This document shows positions 19,475 through 28,024 of a stretch of 53,112 bases of DNA, in pieces. The stretch covers positions 1-53,112 of the forward strand of contig JBJTIF010000078.1 of assembly GCA_046094825.1 (NCBI GenBank), given 5' to 3'. Position numbers and translations under genes: made by a program. Source of the DNA: Actinomycetota bacterium (GTDB taxonomy: Bacteria > Actinomycetota > UBA4738 > HRBIN12). Within the stretch, counting starts at the first letter, position 1; each line of letters begins with the position of its first letter. The notes under the pieces were generated by a model. It searched no databases and was not told where the DNA came from. It was given only the letters and a program-made list of their open reading frames with translations.

Positions 19475-19522
19475 ATCACATCGATGTGATTCCCCACAAC
19501 GTTCTCCACACCTGTGGAGAAC
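19475..19522. promoter_or_regulatory. DnaA-box-like cluster with adjacent 16-bp palindrome
   Basis: ATCACATCGATGTGAT perfect palindrome 19475-19490; TTCCCCACA 19490-19498; TTCTCCACA 19502-19510 and inverted TGTGGAGAA 19513-19521. Confidence 0.65.
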
Positions 19523-19571
19523 CTGGGCGCCACGCACGATCCGGCCTCCGGTCGTGCCGTCCGGGAGCCGG

Positions 19572-19820
19572 TCAGCCGGGGCGACGTTCGACGAGCATCG
19601 GCTCGCCGCAGTGGCGGGGCACCTGGAGCTCGCCGAGGCGGGTCACCTGGAACTCCGTCCCGCACTCCCCGCAGACGAGGTAGACCGCGAGGTGGTCGAC
19701 GTCCTCGACCTCGGGACGTTCGCGCGGACCACCCCCCGAGGCGGCGCGCAGGGCCGTGACCCCGAGCCACAGGATCACGAGCCCGACGAGGATCGCGGAG
19801 AGCGCGACGGCGACGTTCAC
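19572..19820 (-). CDS. Small membrane-anchored metal-binding (Zn-ribbon/desulforedoxin-like) protein
   Basis: N-terminal TM then CGECG...PRHCGEPM; GTG start inferred. Confidence 0.7.
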   Translation of the reverse strand: MNVAVALSAILVGLVILWLGVTALRAASGGGPRERPEVEDVDHLAVYLVCGECGTEFQVTRLGELQVPRHCGEPMLVERRPG

Positions 19821-19876
19821 GGCGCGGGGGCGGACGTCGGAGGGGTGTGCGTCGGTCGGGACGCGGTGCGCGGCAT
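19817..19876 (-). other. Putative leaderless short ORF (19 aa) overlapping next start
   Basis: TACACT(19884-19889)-7 nt-ATG; MPRTASRPTHTPPTSAPAP*; GTGA overlap. Confidence 0.4.
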
Positions 19877-19927
19877 CCTCCCGAGTGTAGCCACGGCCCA
19901 TCTCCGCGCGTACCATCGCAACCCTCG

Positions 19928-21067
19928 ATGCAGCGCCTCCTCCGCCTTCCCCGGCACCGTCGCATCACCCTCGCGCTCGCGTGCGCGGGCCTCTCGGTGC
20001 TCGCCGGCTTCCTCCCGACGTCGGCCGTCGCGCGGACCACGCCGCCGGTCGGCGACGTGAACGTCCCGCGTCCCCCCGAGGACGCGATCTCGACGGACGC
20101 GAGCCCCGGGTTCCGCGTCCGATGGGAACGCATCGCGCCGATCCCCCTCACGACCGAGCGCGCGATCACGTTCACCTTCCGCACGAGCGGGTCGCAGTCG
20201 GGCGGCCGCGTCCTCGCGCGCATCACGACGCTCGGCGGCGAGGCGGTGCGCGAGCTGAACAGCGGGTCGGATCCGCTGCCCGCGATCTCGGTCCTGCGGT
20301 GGGACGGACGCGACGACGACGGCCGTCGCGTCGGCAACGGCGTCTACGAGGTGCAGCTCGTCGCGCTCACGCGCGTCGGCGAGGAATCGCCCACCGCCGT
20401 CCGTCGCATCCGCGTCGAGCGGCCGACGCGCGCGCGCACGATCTACCGGGTCCGCGACGCCGGGCGTCGCGTCGCGCTCACCTTCGACGACTGCAACTTC
20501 GACGACGCCTGGCGGCGGATCCTCACGGTCCTCGAGGAGCGCGACGACCACGTGACGTTCTTCTGCCTCGGCAAGACCGTGCAGCTGTTCCCGCAGCTCG
20601 CGCGGCGGACGGTCGCGCTCGGCCACGACATCGGCTCGCACAGCTTCGACCACCCGAACCTCCGCTACGCGTCGTCGTGGCGAGTCCTCGACGAGCTCGA
20701 CCGCACGACGCGGTCGTGGTGGTCGATCGCCGGGATCACCCCGGTGCCGTACTTCCGTCCGCCGTACGGGGACTTCGACGCGGACGTCCTCCGAGCGCTC
20801 GGGCAGCGCGGCTTCACGGACTGCTTCCTCTGGGACGTCGACCCGAGCGACTGGACCGATCCGGGGCCGGCGACGATCACCGCCCGCGTGCTCGACCGGG
20901 TGCGCCCCGGGAGCATCGTGCTCCTCCACGTGAAGCCCCAGACCGCCGCGGCGCTCCCCGCGATCCTCCGGGGGCTCCGGCGGATGGACCTCGAGCCGGT
21001 GACGCTCACGGAGCTCCTCGCCGCGGGGTCGCCGGTCACCTCGGGCACCGTCGGCCTCCCCTACTGA
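19928..21067 (+). CDS. Secreted polysaccharide deacetylase (CE4/NodB) with FlgD-like Ig domain
   Basis: Signal peptide; WDGRDDDGRRVGNGVY; TFDD, HSFDH, RPPYG, DPSDW, LLH. Confidence 0.88.
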   Translation: MQRLLRLPRHRRITLALACAGLSVLAGFLPTSAVARTTPPVGDVNVPRPPEDAISTDASPGFRVRWERIAPIPLTTERAITFTFRTSGSQSGGRVLARITTLGGEAVRELNSGSDPLPAISVLRWDGRDDDGRRVGNGVYEVQLVALTRVGEESPTAVRRIRVERPTRARTIYRVRDAGRRVALTFDDCNFDDAWRRILTVLEERDDHVTFFCLGKTVQLFPQLARRTVALGHDIGSHSFDHPNLRYASSWRVLDELDRTTRSWWSIAGITPVPYFRPPYGDFDADVLRALGQRGFTDCFLWDVDPSDWTDPGPATITARVLDRVRPGSIVLLHVKPQTAAALPAILRGLRRMDLEPVTLTELLAAGSPVTSGTVGLPY

Positions 21068-21108
21068 GGCCCCGACGCCGTCGCGCTCCGCGGTGAGCGC
21101 GGGGGCCG

Positions 21109-23391
21109 TCAGCCGCGCGTCGCGTCGCGGATCGCGGCGAGGACCCGCTCCGGCGTGCACGGCACGTCGACGTGGACGATGCCGAGGTGCGCGAGCGCGT
21201 CGACGACCGCGCTCTGGATCGCCGGCGTCGACCCGACCGTCGCCGACTCGCCGATCCCCTTCGCGCCGAGCGGGTTCCGCGGGGTCGGGGTCTGCGTGAA
21301 CGCGGTCTCCCACGCGGGGAGATCGGACGCGGCGGGCATCGGGTACGACGCGAGCGTCGTCGTGAGCGGGTTGCCGTCGGGGTCGAACCGCACCTCCTCG
21401 TAGAGGGCCTGCGCCGCGCCCTGCGCGAGCCCGCCGTGCACCTGGCCCTCGGCGAGCAGCGGATTCAGGATCACGCCGGCGTCGTCGACGGCGATGTGGC
21501 GGACGAGCCGCACGTCGCCGTCGTCGAGATCCACCTCGACGACGGCGACGTGCGCGCCGAAGGGGAACGTCGCGTCGTCCATCCGGAACCGCGTCGCCGC
21601 GCGGAGCGGCGCGGGGTCCGGGCGCGCTGGATCGCGTGCGAGCCGGGCGATCTGCGCCCACGTCCGCGCGCGATCCGGCGCGCCCGTCACCCGGACCCCG
21701 GCCTCCGCCACCTCGAGGTCCTCCGCGGCGACCTCGAGGTCCTCGGCGACGAGCGCCTTCGCCCGATCGATGACCGCGACCGCGCCCTCGTGGATCGCCG
21801 AGCCGCCGACCTGGAGCGAGCGCGATGCGTACGTCCCCTGTCCGCGCGGCACGCGACCGGTGTCGGAGTGGACGACCCGCACGCGCTCGATCGGGACGGC
21901 GAGGAGCCCGCCGACGAGCTGCGCGAACGCCGTCTCGTGGCCCTGGCCGTGCGGCGACGTGCCGACGAGGACGGTGATGCCCCCGTCGTCGTCGACCTCG
22001 ACCGTCGCGTCCTCGGGCGAGAAACCGGTGATCTCCACGTACATCGCGACACCGATGCCGAGGACGCGACGGTCGCCGCGCCCGCGTCGGGCGGCCTGCT
22101 CCACACGGAGCGCGTCGACGTCGGCGAGCGCGAGCGCGCGGTCGAGCGCGGCCGCGTAGTCGCCGGAGTCGTAGCGCTCGCCGGTCGCGACCTCGTACGG
22201 GAAGGCGTCGGCGGGGATGAGGTTCCGACGACGGACCTCGATCGGGTCGAGCCCGAGTTCGCCCGCGAGCCGGTCGAGCATCCGCTCGAGCGTGAGCGTC
22301 GCCTCCGGTCGTCCCGCACCGCGGTACGACCCGATCGGCGTCGTCGTCGTCACGACCGACCGGACGCGGAGCGCGATCGCGGGGATGCGGTACGGCCCGG
22401 AGAGCATCCGCTTCGTGTTCGCGGGGAGGTACGAGCCGAGCGGGTGCGCACCCATGTCCGCGACGAGGTCGACGCGCAGGCCGACGATCGTGCCGTCGCG
22501 GCGAGCGGCGAGTTCGACGTCGTGGACCTGTGCGCGACCGTGGAGGAGCGCCGTCATCGACTCGGACCGCGACTCGGACCAACGGACCGCGCGTCCGAGA
22601 CGACGGGCGAGCGCCGCGACGAGGAGGTACTCCGGGTACACGTAGAGCTTCGTGCCGAATCCGCCGCCGACGTCGGGGGCGATGACGCGGATGCGGTCGC
22701 GGTCGAGGTCGAGCGCGTCGGCGAGGTCGTTCCGCACGTCGAACGGCACCTGCGTCGAGACGTGGACGAGGAGCCCGCCGTCCTCGGTGGGCTCGGCGAG
22801 CATCGCGTTCGTCTCCATCGGGACCGGCGCGAGGCGCTGGTGGACGACGCGCTCGCAGACGACGATCTCCGCGCCGGCGAGCACGGCGTCGTCGTCGAAG
22901 CGATCGTCGAAGCCGTCCGCCACGTTCGAGCCCGCCTCGGGGAACAGGAGCGTCCCGGCGTCGTCGAGGGCTGCCATCGGATCGACGAGCGGGTCGAGCG
23001 GGTCGAGGTCGGGGACGACGAGCTCCGCCGCGTCGAGCGCGCGCGCGAGGGAGTCGGCGACGACGACCGCGATCGGCTGCCCGACCCAGCGGACGCGGTC
23101 GGTCGCGAGGAGCGGGAGCGCGAAGGCGACCGGCTCGCGGACGGAGCCCGGCACCGCGATCGGGGGGAGGTCGGCGACGTCGGCCGCGGTCCAGACCGCG
23201 ACGACCCCGGGCGCGGCGAGCGCACCTCCGGCATCGACCCCGCGCAGGTGCGCGTGCGCGGTGTGCGAGCGGACGACGACGGCGCGGAGCGCGCCGGGTG
23301 CGGGGATGTCCTCGACGTAGCGGGCCTCGCCGCGGAGGAACCGGGGGTCCTCCGTGCGGAGCACCGCTCGACCGAAGACCCGATCCGCCAT
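21109..23391 (-). CDS. Xanthine dehydrogenase-family molybdopterin large subunit (CoxL form II-like)
   Basis: EDPRFLRG, VGGGFGTK, SYRGAGRPEA loop, GQGHET, GAKGIGE. Confidence 0.92.
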   Translation of the reverse strand: MADRVFGRAVLRTEDPRFLRGEARYVEDIPAPGALRAVVVRSHTAHAHLRGVDAGGALAAPGVVAVWTAADVADLPPIAVPGSVREPVAFALPLLATDRVRWVGQPIAVVVADSLARALDAAELVVPDLDPLDPLVDPMAALDDAGTLLFPEAGSNVADGFDDRFDDDAVLAGAEIVVCERVVHQRLAPVPMETNAMLAEPTEDGGLLVHVSTQVPFDVRNDLADALDLDRDRIRVIAPDVGGGFGTKLYVYPEYLLVAALARRLGRAVRWSESRSESMTALLHGRAQVHDVELAARRDGTIVGLRVDLVADMGAHPLGSYLPANTKRMLSGPYRIPAIALRVRSVVTTTTPIGSYRGAGRPEATLTLERMLDRLAGELGLDPIEVRRRNLIPADAFPYEVATGERYDSGDYAAALDRALALADVDALRVEQAARRGRGDRRVLGIGVAMYVEITGFSPEDATVEVDDDGGITVLVGTSPHGQGHETAFAQLVGGLLAVPIERVRVVHSDTGRVPRGQGTYASRSLQVGGSAIHEGAVAVIDRAKALVAEDLEVAAEDLEVAEAGVRVTGAPDRARTWAQIARLARDPARPDPAPLRAATRFRMDDATFPFGAHVAVVEVDLDDGDVRLVRHIAVDDAGVILNPLLAEGQVHGGLAQGAAQALYEEVRFDPDGNPLTTTLASYPMPAASDLPAWETAFTQTPTPRNPLGAKGIGESATVGSTPAIQSAVVDALAHLGIVHVDVPCTPERVLAAIRDATRG

Positions 23392-23409
23392 GTCCGCCAC
23401 ACTGTACGG

Positions 23410-24903
23410 GTGACCCGGTGGCTGTTCGGCGACCAGCTCGGCCCGATCTACCTCGACGACGTCCCGGCGGACGAGCCGGTGCTCCTCGCGATCTCGCTCG
23501 GGGCCCTCGGTCGGAAGCGCTGGCACCGCCAGAAGCTCCACCTCCTCCTGTCGGCGATGCGCCACCGTGCGGCGGAGCTCGGCGACCGCGCGACGCTCGT
23601 CGTCGCGCCGACGTACCGCGCCGCGCTCGCGGAGGCGGGGCTCCGCGCCGAGGACCTCACCGTCGCCGAGCCGACATCGCGCTCCGCGGAGTCCTTCGTC
23701 CGCGCGCTCGGCGTCACGGTGGTCCGCAACCGCGGCTTCGCGACGCACCGCGACGACTTCGCCGCGTGGGCGCGGGGCCGCGGATCGAAGCGGCTCCTCC
23801 TCGAGGACTTCTACCGGTCGCAGCGCGAACGCCACCGCGTCCTCCTCGAGGCCGACGGTTCGCCGAAGGGCGGGCGCTGGAACTTCGACGCCGACAACCG
23901 CGAGCGCCCGCCCCGCGGCGCGACGACGCTCGGGGTCGCACCGCCGTTCCACCCGACCGAGGACGCGATCGACGCGGCGGTCCGCGACGACCTCGACCGG
24001 TCGTGCCGCGAGGGCCTCGTCGCACCGATCGGTGACGACGGTCCCCGCTGGTTCGCGGCGACGCGCGACGAGGCGCTCGCGGCACTCGCGACGTTCGTCG
24101 AGCACCGGCTGCCGACGTTCGGTCCGTACGAGGATGCGATCCTCGCGGGCGACCCCGCGATGGCGCACAGCCTCCTCTCCGCGCCGATGAACCTCGGCCT
24201 CCTCCACCCGCTCGAGGTGGTCCGCGCGGCGGAGGCCGCGCTCGACGCCGGCACCGCACCGATCGCGAGCGTCGAGGGCTTCGTCCGCCAGGTCCTCGGC
24301 TGGCGCGAGTACGTGTGGGGCCTGTCCTGGTGGTTCGACGAGGCGTACCGATCGAGCAACGCCCTCGACGCCCGCGAGCCGGTCCCCGAGTGGATGGGAT
24401 CGCTCGATGCGGGCGGTGAAGTGCGCGCCGCGTGCCTCGCGTCGGCGCTCCGCGACGTCCGCGAGCGCGGGTGGACGCACCACATCCCGCGCCTCATGGT
24501 CCTCGGCAACTACGCGCTCCAGCGCGGGATCGATCCGGCCGCGCTCACCGACTGGTTCCATCGGGCGTTCGTCGACGGCTACGACTGGGTCATGCTCCCG
24601 AACGTCGTCGGGATGAGCCAGTGGGCAGACGGCGGCGCGATGGCGACGAAGCCGTACGCGTCGGGCGGTGCGTACATCGACCGCATGAGCGACCACTGCG
24701 GCCGCTGCCCGTACGACCCGAAGGTGCGCGTCGGACCGACCGCCTGCCCGTTCACGGCGGGCTACTGGTCATTCCTCGCGCGCAACCGGGAGCGCTTCCG
24801 CGGCAACCACCGGATGGCGCAGCCGCTCGCCGGCCTCGCGCGGCTCGCCGACCTCGACGCGGTCATCGGGCAGGAGGACGCCCGGGGCACCGCGGCGCCC
24901 TGA
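23410..24903 (+). CDS. FeS bacterial cryptochrome/photolyase (PhrB/CryB-like)
   Basis: LFGDQL, WHRQK, GGRWNFDADNR, HHIPRLM, KPYASGGAYIDRMSDHCGRC...ACPF Cys cluster. Confidence 0.92.
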   Translation: MTRWLFGDQLGPIYLDDVPADEPVLLAISLGALGRKRWHRQKLHLLLSAMRHRAAELGDRATLVVAPTYRAALAEAGLRAEDLTVAEPTSRSAESFVRALGVTVVRNRGFATHRDDFAAWARGRGSKRLLLEDFYRSQRERHRVLLEADGSPKGGRWNFDADNRERPPRGATTLGVAPPFHPTEDAIDAAVRDDLDRSCREGLVAPIGDDGPRWFAATRDEALAALATFVEHRLPTFGPYEDAILAGDPAMAHSLLSAPMNLGLLHPLEVVRAAEAALDAGTAPIASVEGFVRQVLGWREYVWGLSWWFDEAYRSSNALDAREPVPEWMGSLDAGGEVRAACLASALRDVRERGWTHHIPRLMVLGNYALQRGIDPAALTDWFHRAFVDGYDWVMLPNVVGMSQWADGGAMATKPYASGGAYIDRMSDHCGRCPYDPKVRVGPTACPFTAGYWSFLARNRERFRGNHRMAQPLAGLARLADLDAVIGQEDARGTAAP

Positions 24904-24931
24904 CCCCGGGCTCCGGGGCTATCGTGGGGGC

Positions 24932-25408
24932 ATGACGCGCATCCCCGACCTCGGGCCCCGCGGCGAGGGATGGGTGGTGCTGCAGTTCCTCCTCTTCGTC
25001 GCGATCGGCGTCGTCGCTGGGTTCGCCGAACCGTGGGACGACGGCCTGGCCCCGACGCTCCGCGCGCTCGGCACGCTCGCGATCTCGGCGGGGTTCCTCC
25101 TCCTCGCGATGGCGTTCCCGAAGCTCGGCATCTCGACGACGGCGTTCCCGAAGCCGGTCGAGCACGGGCAGCTCCGCACCGACGGCATCTACGGGCTCGT
25201 GCGCCACCCGATCTACGGAGGCGTGTTCCTGCTCGCCCTCGGGTGGTCGTTCCTGCGCGGACCGATCGCTCTCGTGCCGACCGTGGCGCTCGCCGTGCTC
25301 TTCGTCCTGAAGTCGATGCGCGAGGAGGCCTTCCTCATCGAGCGCTACCCCGACTACGCGAGGTACCGCGAGCGCGTGCGCAAGCGCTTCATCCCCGGCA
25401 TCGTCTGA
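24932..25408 (+). CDS. Isoprenylcysteine carboxyl methyltransferase/PEMT-family membrane protein
   Basis: LRTDGIYGLVRHPIY, EE..L...YPDY..Y...V.KRFIP. Confidence 0.85.
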   Translation: MTRIPDLGPRGEGWVVLQFLLFVAIGVVAGFAEPWDDGLAPTLRALGTLAISAGFLLLAMAFPKLGISTTAFPKPVEHGQLRTDGIYGLVRHPIYGGVFLLALGWSFLRGPIALVPTVALAVLFVLKSMREEAFLIERYPDYARYRERVRKRFIPGIV

Positions 25409-25422
25409 CCTGCCGAGGCGGT

Positions 25423-26319
25423 TCAGCCGAGGAGGCCGCAGTCGGGCAACCCGAGCGGATCGGGGCCCCACCCCTCGACCGTCGATCCCGTCCAGCAGAA
25501 GCCGTCGAAGACGAGCGCCTCGAACTCACCCGAACGATCGAAGCGCAGTTCGGACCGGATGCCGTACGGCGTCGTACAGGCATGGCAGTCCTCGTGCATG
25601 CGCCACTCGAGCGGCACGGCGTAGCCCTCCGAGGTCGCGGTCGGCGCATCCATCCCGACGTCCCACCACATCTGGGCCTCGAGTGGCGGATCGGCGTCGT
25701 GGAGCGCGCGGATCTCGGCGAACATGTCGGTAGCCTCGATCGCCGCCCAGAACGCCCACAGTTCCTCCGACGGAAAGGCATCGCGGAGATCGAGCATCCC
25801 GGCGGGCGTGAAGACGAAGAGCCCCCACGCGTCGTTCACGTAGCGCTCGTCCTGGACGGCTCCGCGACCGACGGAGACCGGTCCGACGGAGGTCATCGCG
25901 CCGATGACGATGCTCGTCCGGACGAAGAGCGCGATGGTCGCCTCCGGAACGCTCCGCGACCGCAGGTAGGGCTCCATGCAGACCGCATCGAACCAGCGCT
26001 CGCGCTTGAGGAAGAGGACCGGATCGTCGATCAAGCCCCTCTCCGCACACCACTCCGCGAAGTCGGGGAGGCCGGGTTGGAGTCGATGTCCGTAGTAGAA
26101 GTAGCTGTACGGCGTGTAGTCGTCCTCTGTGAGGTCGGCGGGCCAGACCTCCGGTGTCGAGGGAAGGTCGAGGAACCTCGGCTCCGCGGTCAGTTCGATC
26201 GGTGCGGTCTCGACAGCCTCCGTCGGAGCCGTGGAGAGATCGGCTGGCGTCTGCGCGGCCGACCCCCCGCAGGCCGCCGCCGCGAGGAGCATCGAAAGCG
26301 CGAGTGCCTTGCGGCGCAT
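25423..26319 (-). CDS. Hypothetical lipoprotein
   Basis: Lipobox LAAAAC; CHAC motif; TACACT 7 nt upstream; no family recognised. Confidence 0.7.
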   Translation of the reverse strand: MRRKALALSMLLAAAACGGSAAQTPADLSTAPTEAVETAPIELTAEPRFLDLPSTPEVWPADLTEDDYTPYSYFYYGHRLQPGLPDFAEWCAERGLIDDPVLFLKRERWFDAVCMEPYLRSRSVPEATIALFVRTSIVIGAMTSVGPVSVGRGAVQDERYVNDAWGLFVFTPAGMLDLRDAFPSEELWAFWAAIEATDMFAEIRALHDADPPLEAQMWWDVGMDAPTATSEGYAVPLEWRMHEDCHACTTPYGIRSELRFDRSGEFEALVFDGFCWTGSTVEGWGPDPLGLPDCGLLG

Positions 26320-26337
26320 GCGGCGGAGTGTAGGGGC

Positions 26338-26412
26338 TGGTGGAGACGACCGGGATCGAACCGGCGACCCCCTGCTTGCAAAGCAGGTGCTCTACCGCTG
26401 AGCTACGTCCCC
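26338..26412 (-). tRNA. tRNA-Ala(TGC)
   Basis: GGGGACGTAGCTCAGCGGTAGAGCACCTGCTT-TGC-AAGCAGG...GGTTCGATCCCGGTCGTCTCCACCA; G3:U70; encoded CCA. Confidence 0.97.
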
Positions 26413-26449
26413 ACCCGAGTGTACGCACCGCCCCGGTAGGGTTCGTCCC

Positions 26450-27703
26450 ATGAGCGACGGCGAGGGGTCGCCCGCGGCGCCCGTCCGGCGGCGCCTCGAC
26501 TGGCTCCCGCCCGGCGCCCGCGCGATCGGCGTGGCGTCGTTCTTCTCCGACCTCGGCCACGAAGTCCCCACCTCGCTGCTGCCGAGCTTCCTCACGAGCA
26601 CGCTCGGGGCACCCGCCTCGGCGCTCGGCCTCATCGAGGGGGTCGCCGACGCCGCATCCGGCGTCGCGAAGCTCGCGGGTGGCGCGATCGCCGACGAGCC
26701 GCGCCGGCGCCGCAGCGTGGCGATCGGCGGCTACCTCACGACCGCCGCCCTCTCCTCGGGGATCGGTGCCGCGACGAGCGCCGTGCAGGTCGGGCTCCTG
26801 CGCGCCGGAGCCTGGTCGGCGCGCGGCATCCGGACGCCCGCGCGCAACGCGATCCTCGCCGACCTCGTCGAACCGGAGGTGTACGGACGCGCGTACGGGT
26901 ACGAACGCGCGCTCGACAACCTCGGCGCGATCCTCGGCCCGCTCCTCGCGACCGTCCTCGTCGCCGTCGTCGGCGTCCGGGGCGCGATGGTCGCCTCGAT
27001 CGTCCCCGGCATCCTCGCGGCGGTCTCGATCGCGTACGCCGCGCGCCACGTGCGCGTCGAACACCGCGGCGAGCGCCGGCCGCTCCGCCTCCACGTCCGG
27101 CCGGTGCTCCGCGGGCGGCTCGGTCGCCTCTTCGTCGGGATGGGCGCCTTCGAGTTCGGCAACGTCGCCGCGACGCTCCTCATCCTCCGCGCGACCGAGC
27201 TCCTCGCGCCGCAGCTCGGCACCGACGGCGCGGCGCGCACGGCGCTCCTCCTCTACGTCGGCTACAACGTCGCCGCGACGCTCGCGAGCGTCCCCGGTGG
27301 GCACGTGAGCGACCGGCGGAGCTCGCTCCTCGCGCTCACGATCGGGACGTCGGCGTTCCTCGCGAGCTACCTCCTCCTCGCGGACGGTTCGACGTCGATC
27401 CCCCTCCTCCTCGGCGCGTTCGCGCTCGCCGGCATCGGGATCGGCTTCGTCGAGACGGCCGAGGCGGCGGCGGTCGCGGCGGAGGCCGACGACGCGGTCC
27501 GGGGCTCGGCGTTCGGACTCCTCGCCGGCCTCCAGAGCCTCGGGAACCTCGCGGCGAGCGGCGTCGCCGGGTTCGTCTGGACGCTCGTCTCGCCGCGTGC
27601 GGCGTTCCTCGTGTGCGCCGCGTGGATGGCGATCGCGCTCGTCGCGTTCGCGACGGCCCGTGTCGAGCCGGGGGACCGGAGCGGGAGCGCCCCGCCGGCC
27701 TAG
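26450..27703 (+). CDS. MFS transporter
   Basis: SFFSDLGHE, GIRTPARNAILAD, GRAYGYERALDNLGA; ~12 TMs. Confidence 0.9.
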   Translation: MSDGEGSPAAPVRRRLDWLPPGARAIGVASFFSDLGHEVPTSLLPSFLTSTLGAPASALGLIEGVADAASGVAKLAGGAIADEPRRRRSVAIGGYLTTAALSSGIGAATSAVQVGLLRAGAWSARGIRTPARNAILADLVEPEVYGRAYGYERALDNLGAILGPLLATVLVAVVGVRGAMVASIVPGILAAVSIAYAARHVRVEHRGERRPLRLHVRPVLRGRLGRLFVGMGAFEFGNVAATLLILRATELLAPQLGTDGAARTALLLYVGYNVAATLASVPGGHVSDRRSSLLALTIGTSAFLASYLLLADGSTSIPLLLGAFALAGIGIGFVETAEAAAVAAEADDAVRGSAFGLLAGLQSLGNLAASGVAGFVWTLVSPRAAFLVCAAWMAIALVAFATARVEPGDRSGSAPPA

Positions 27704-27727
27704 CGGCCGCGGATCCGCGCCCGCCGA

Positions 27728-28024
27728 CTAGCGGAAGAGGCGCAGGAGCTCGTCGATCGCGTGTCCCCGCTCGGCCGGGTGGCGGAAGCGACCCCCCTTG
27801 CGGAGCAGGTAGTGGTTGCGGCGGCCGACGCGCTCGCGCGCGAGGTACTCGCCGCGCTCGAGGTCGTCGAGGATCCCCTGGACCGCCCGCTCGGTGATGC
27901 CGACACGCTCCGCGATGTCGCGGACGCGGGCCTCCGGATCGGTCGCGACCGCGATGAGCACGTGCGCGTGGTTCGTGAGGAACGTCCACGTCGGACGCGC
28001 CTCGACCGCTGCCCGCGCGCTCAC
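27728..28024 (-). CDS. Small winged-helix regulator (WTFLTNH type)
   Basis: WTFLTNHAHVL, RDIAERVGITERAVQ, RVGRRNHY; GTGA overlap with terC. Confidence 0.85.
   Translation of the reverse strand: MSARAAVEARPTWTFLTNHAHVLIAVATDPEARVRDIAERVGITERAVQGILDDLERGEYLARERVGRRNHYLLRKGGRFRHPAERGHAIDELLRLFR

Noticed and set aside
21709-21750. 21-bp near-duplication in the CoxL-like gene
   Set aside because: Encodes EDLEVAAEDLEV, a motif-like segment usual in this family
21109-23391. Aerobic CO dehydrogenase (form I coxL)
   Set aside because: Active-site loop is YRGAGR, not AYRCSFR; no coxMS or accessory genes
25409-26338. Second island at tRNA-Ala
   Set aside because: No duplicate of the tRNA-Ala 3' end and no integrase found
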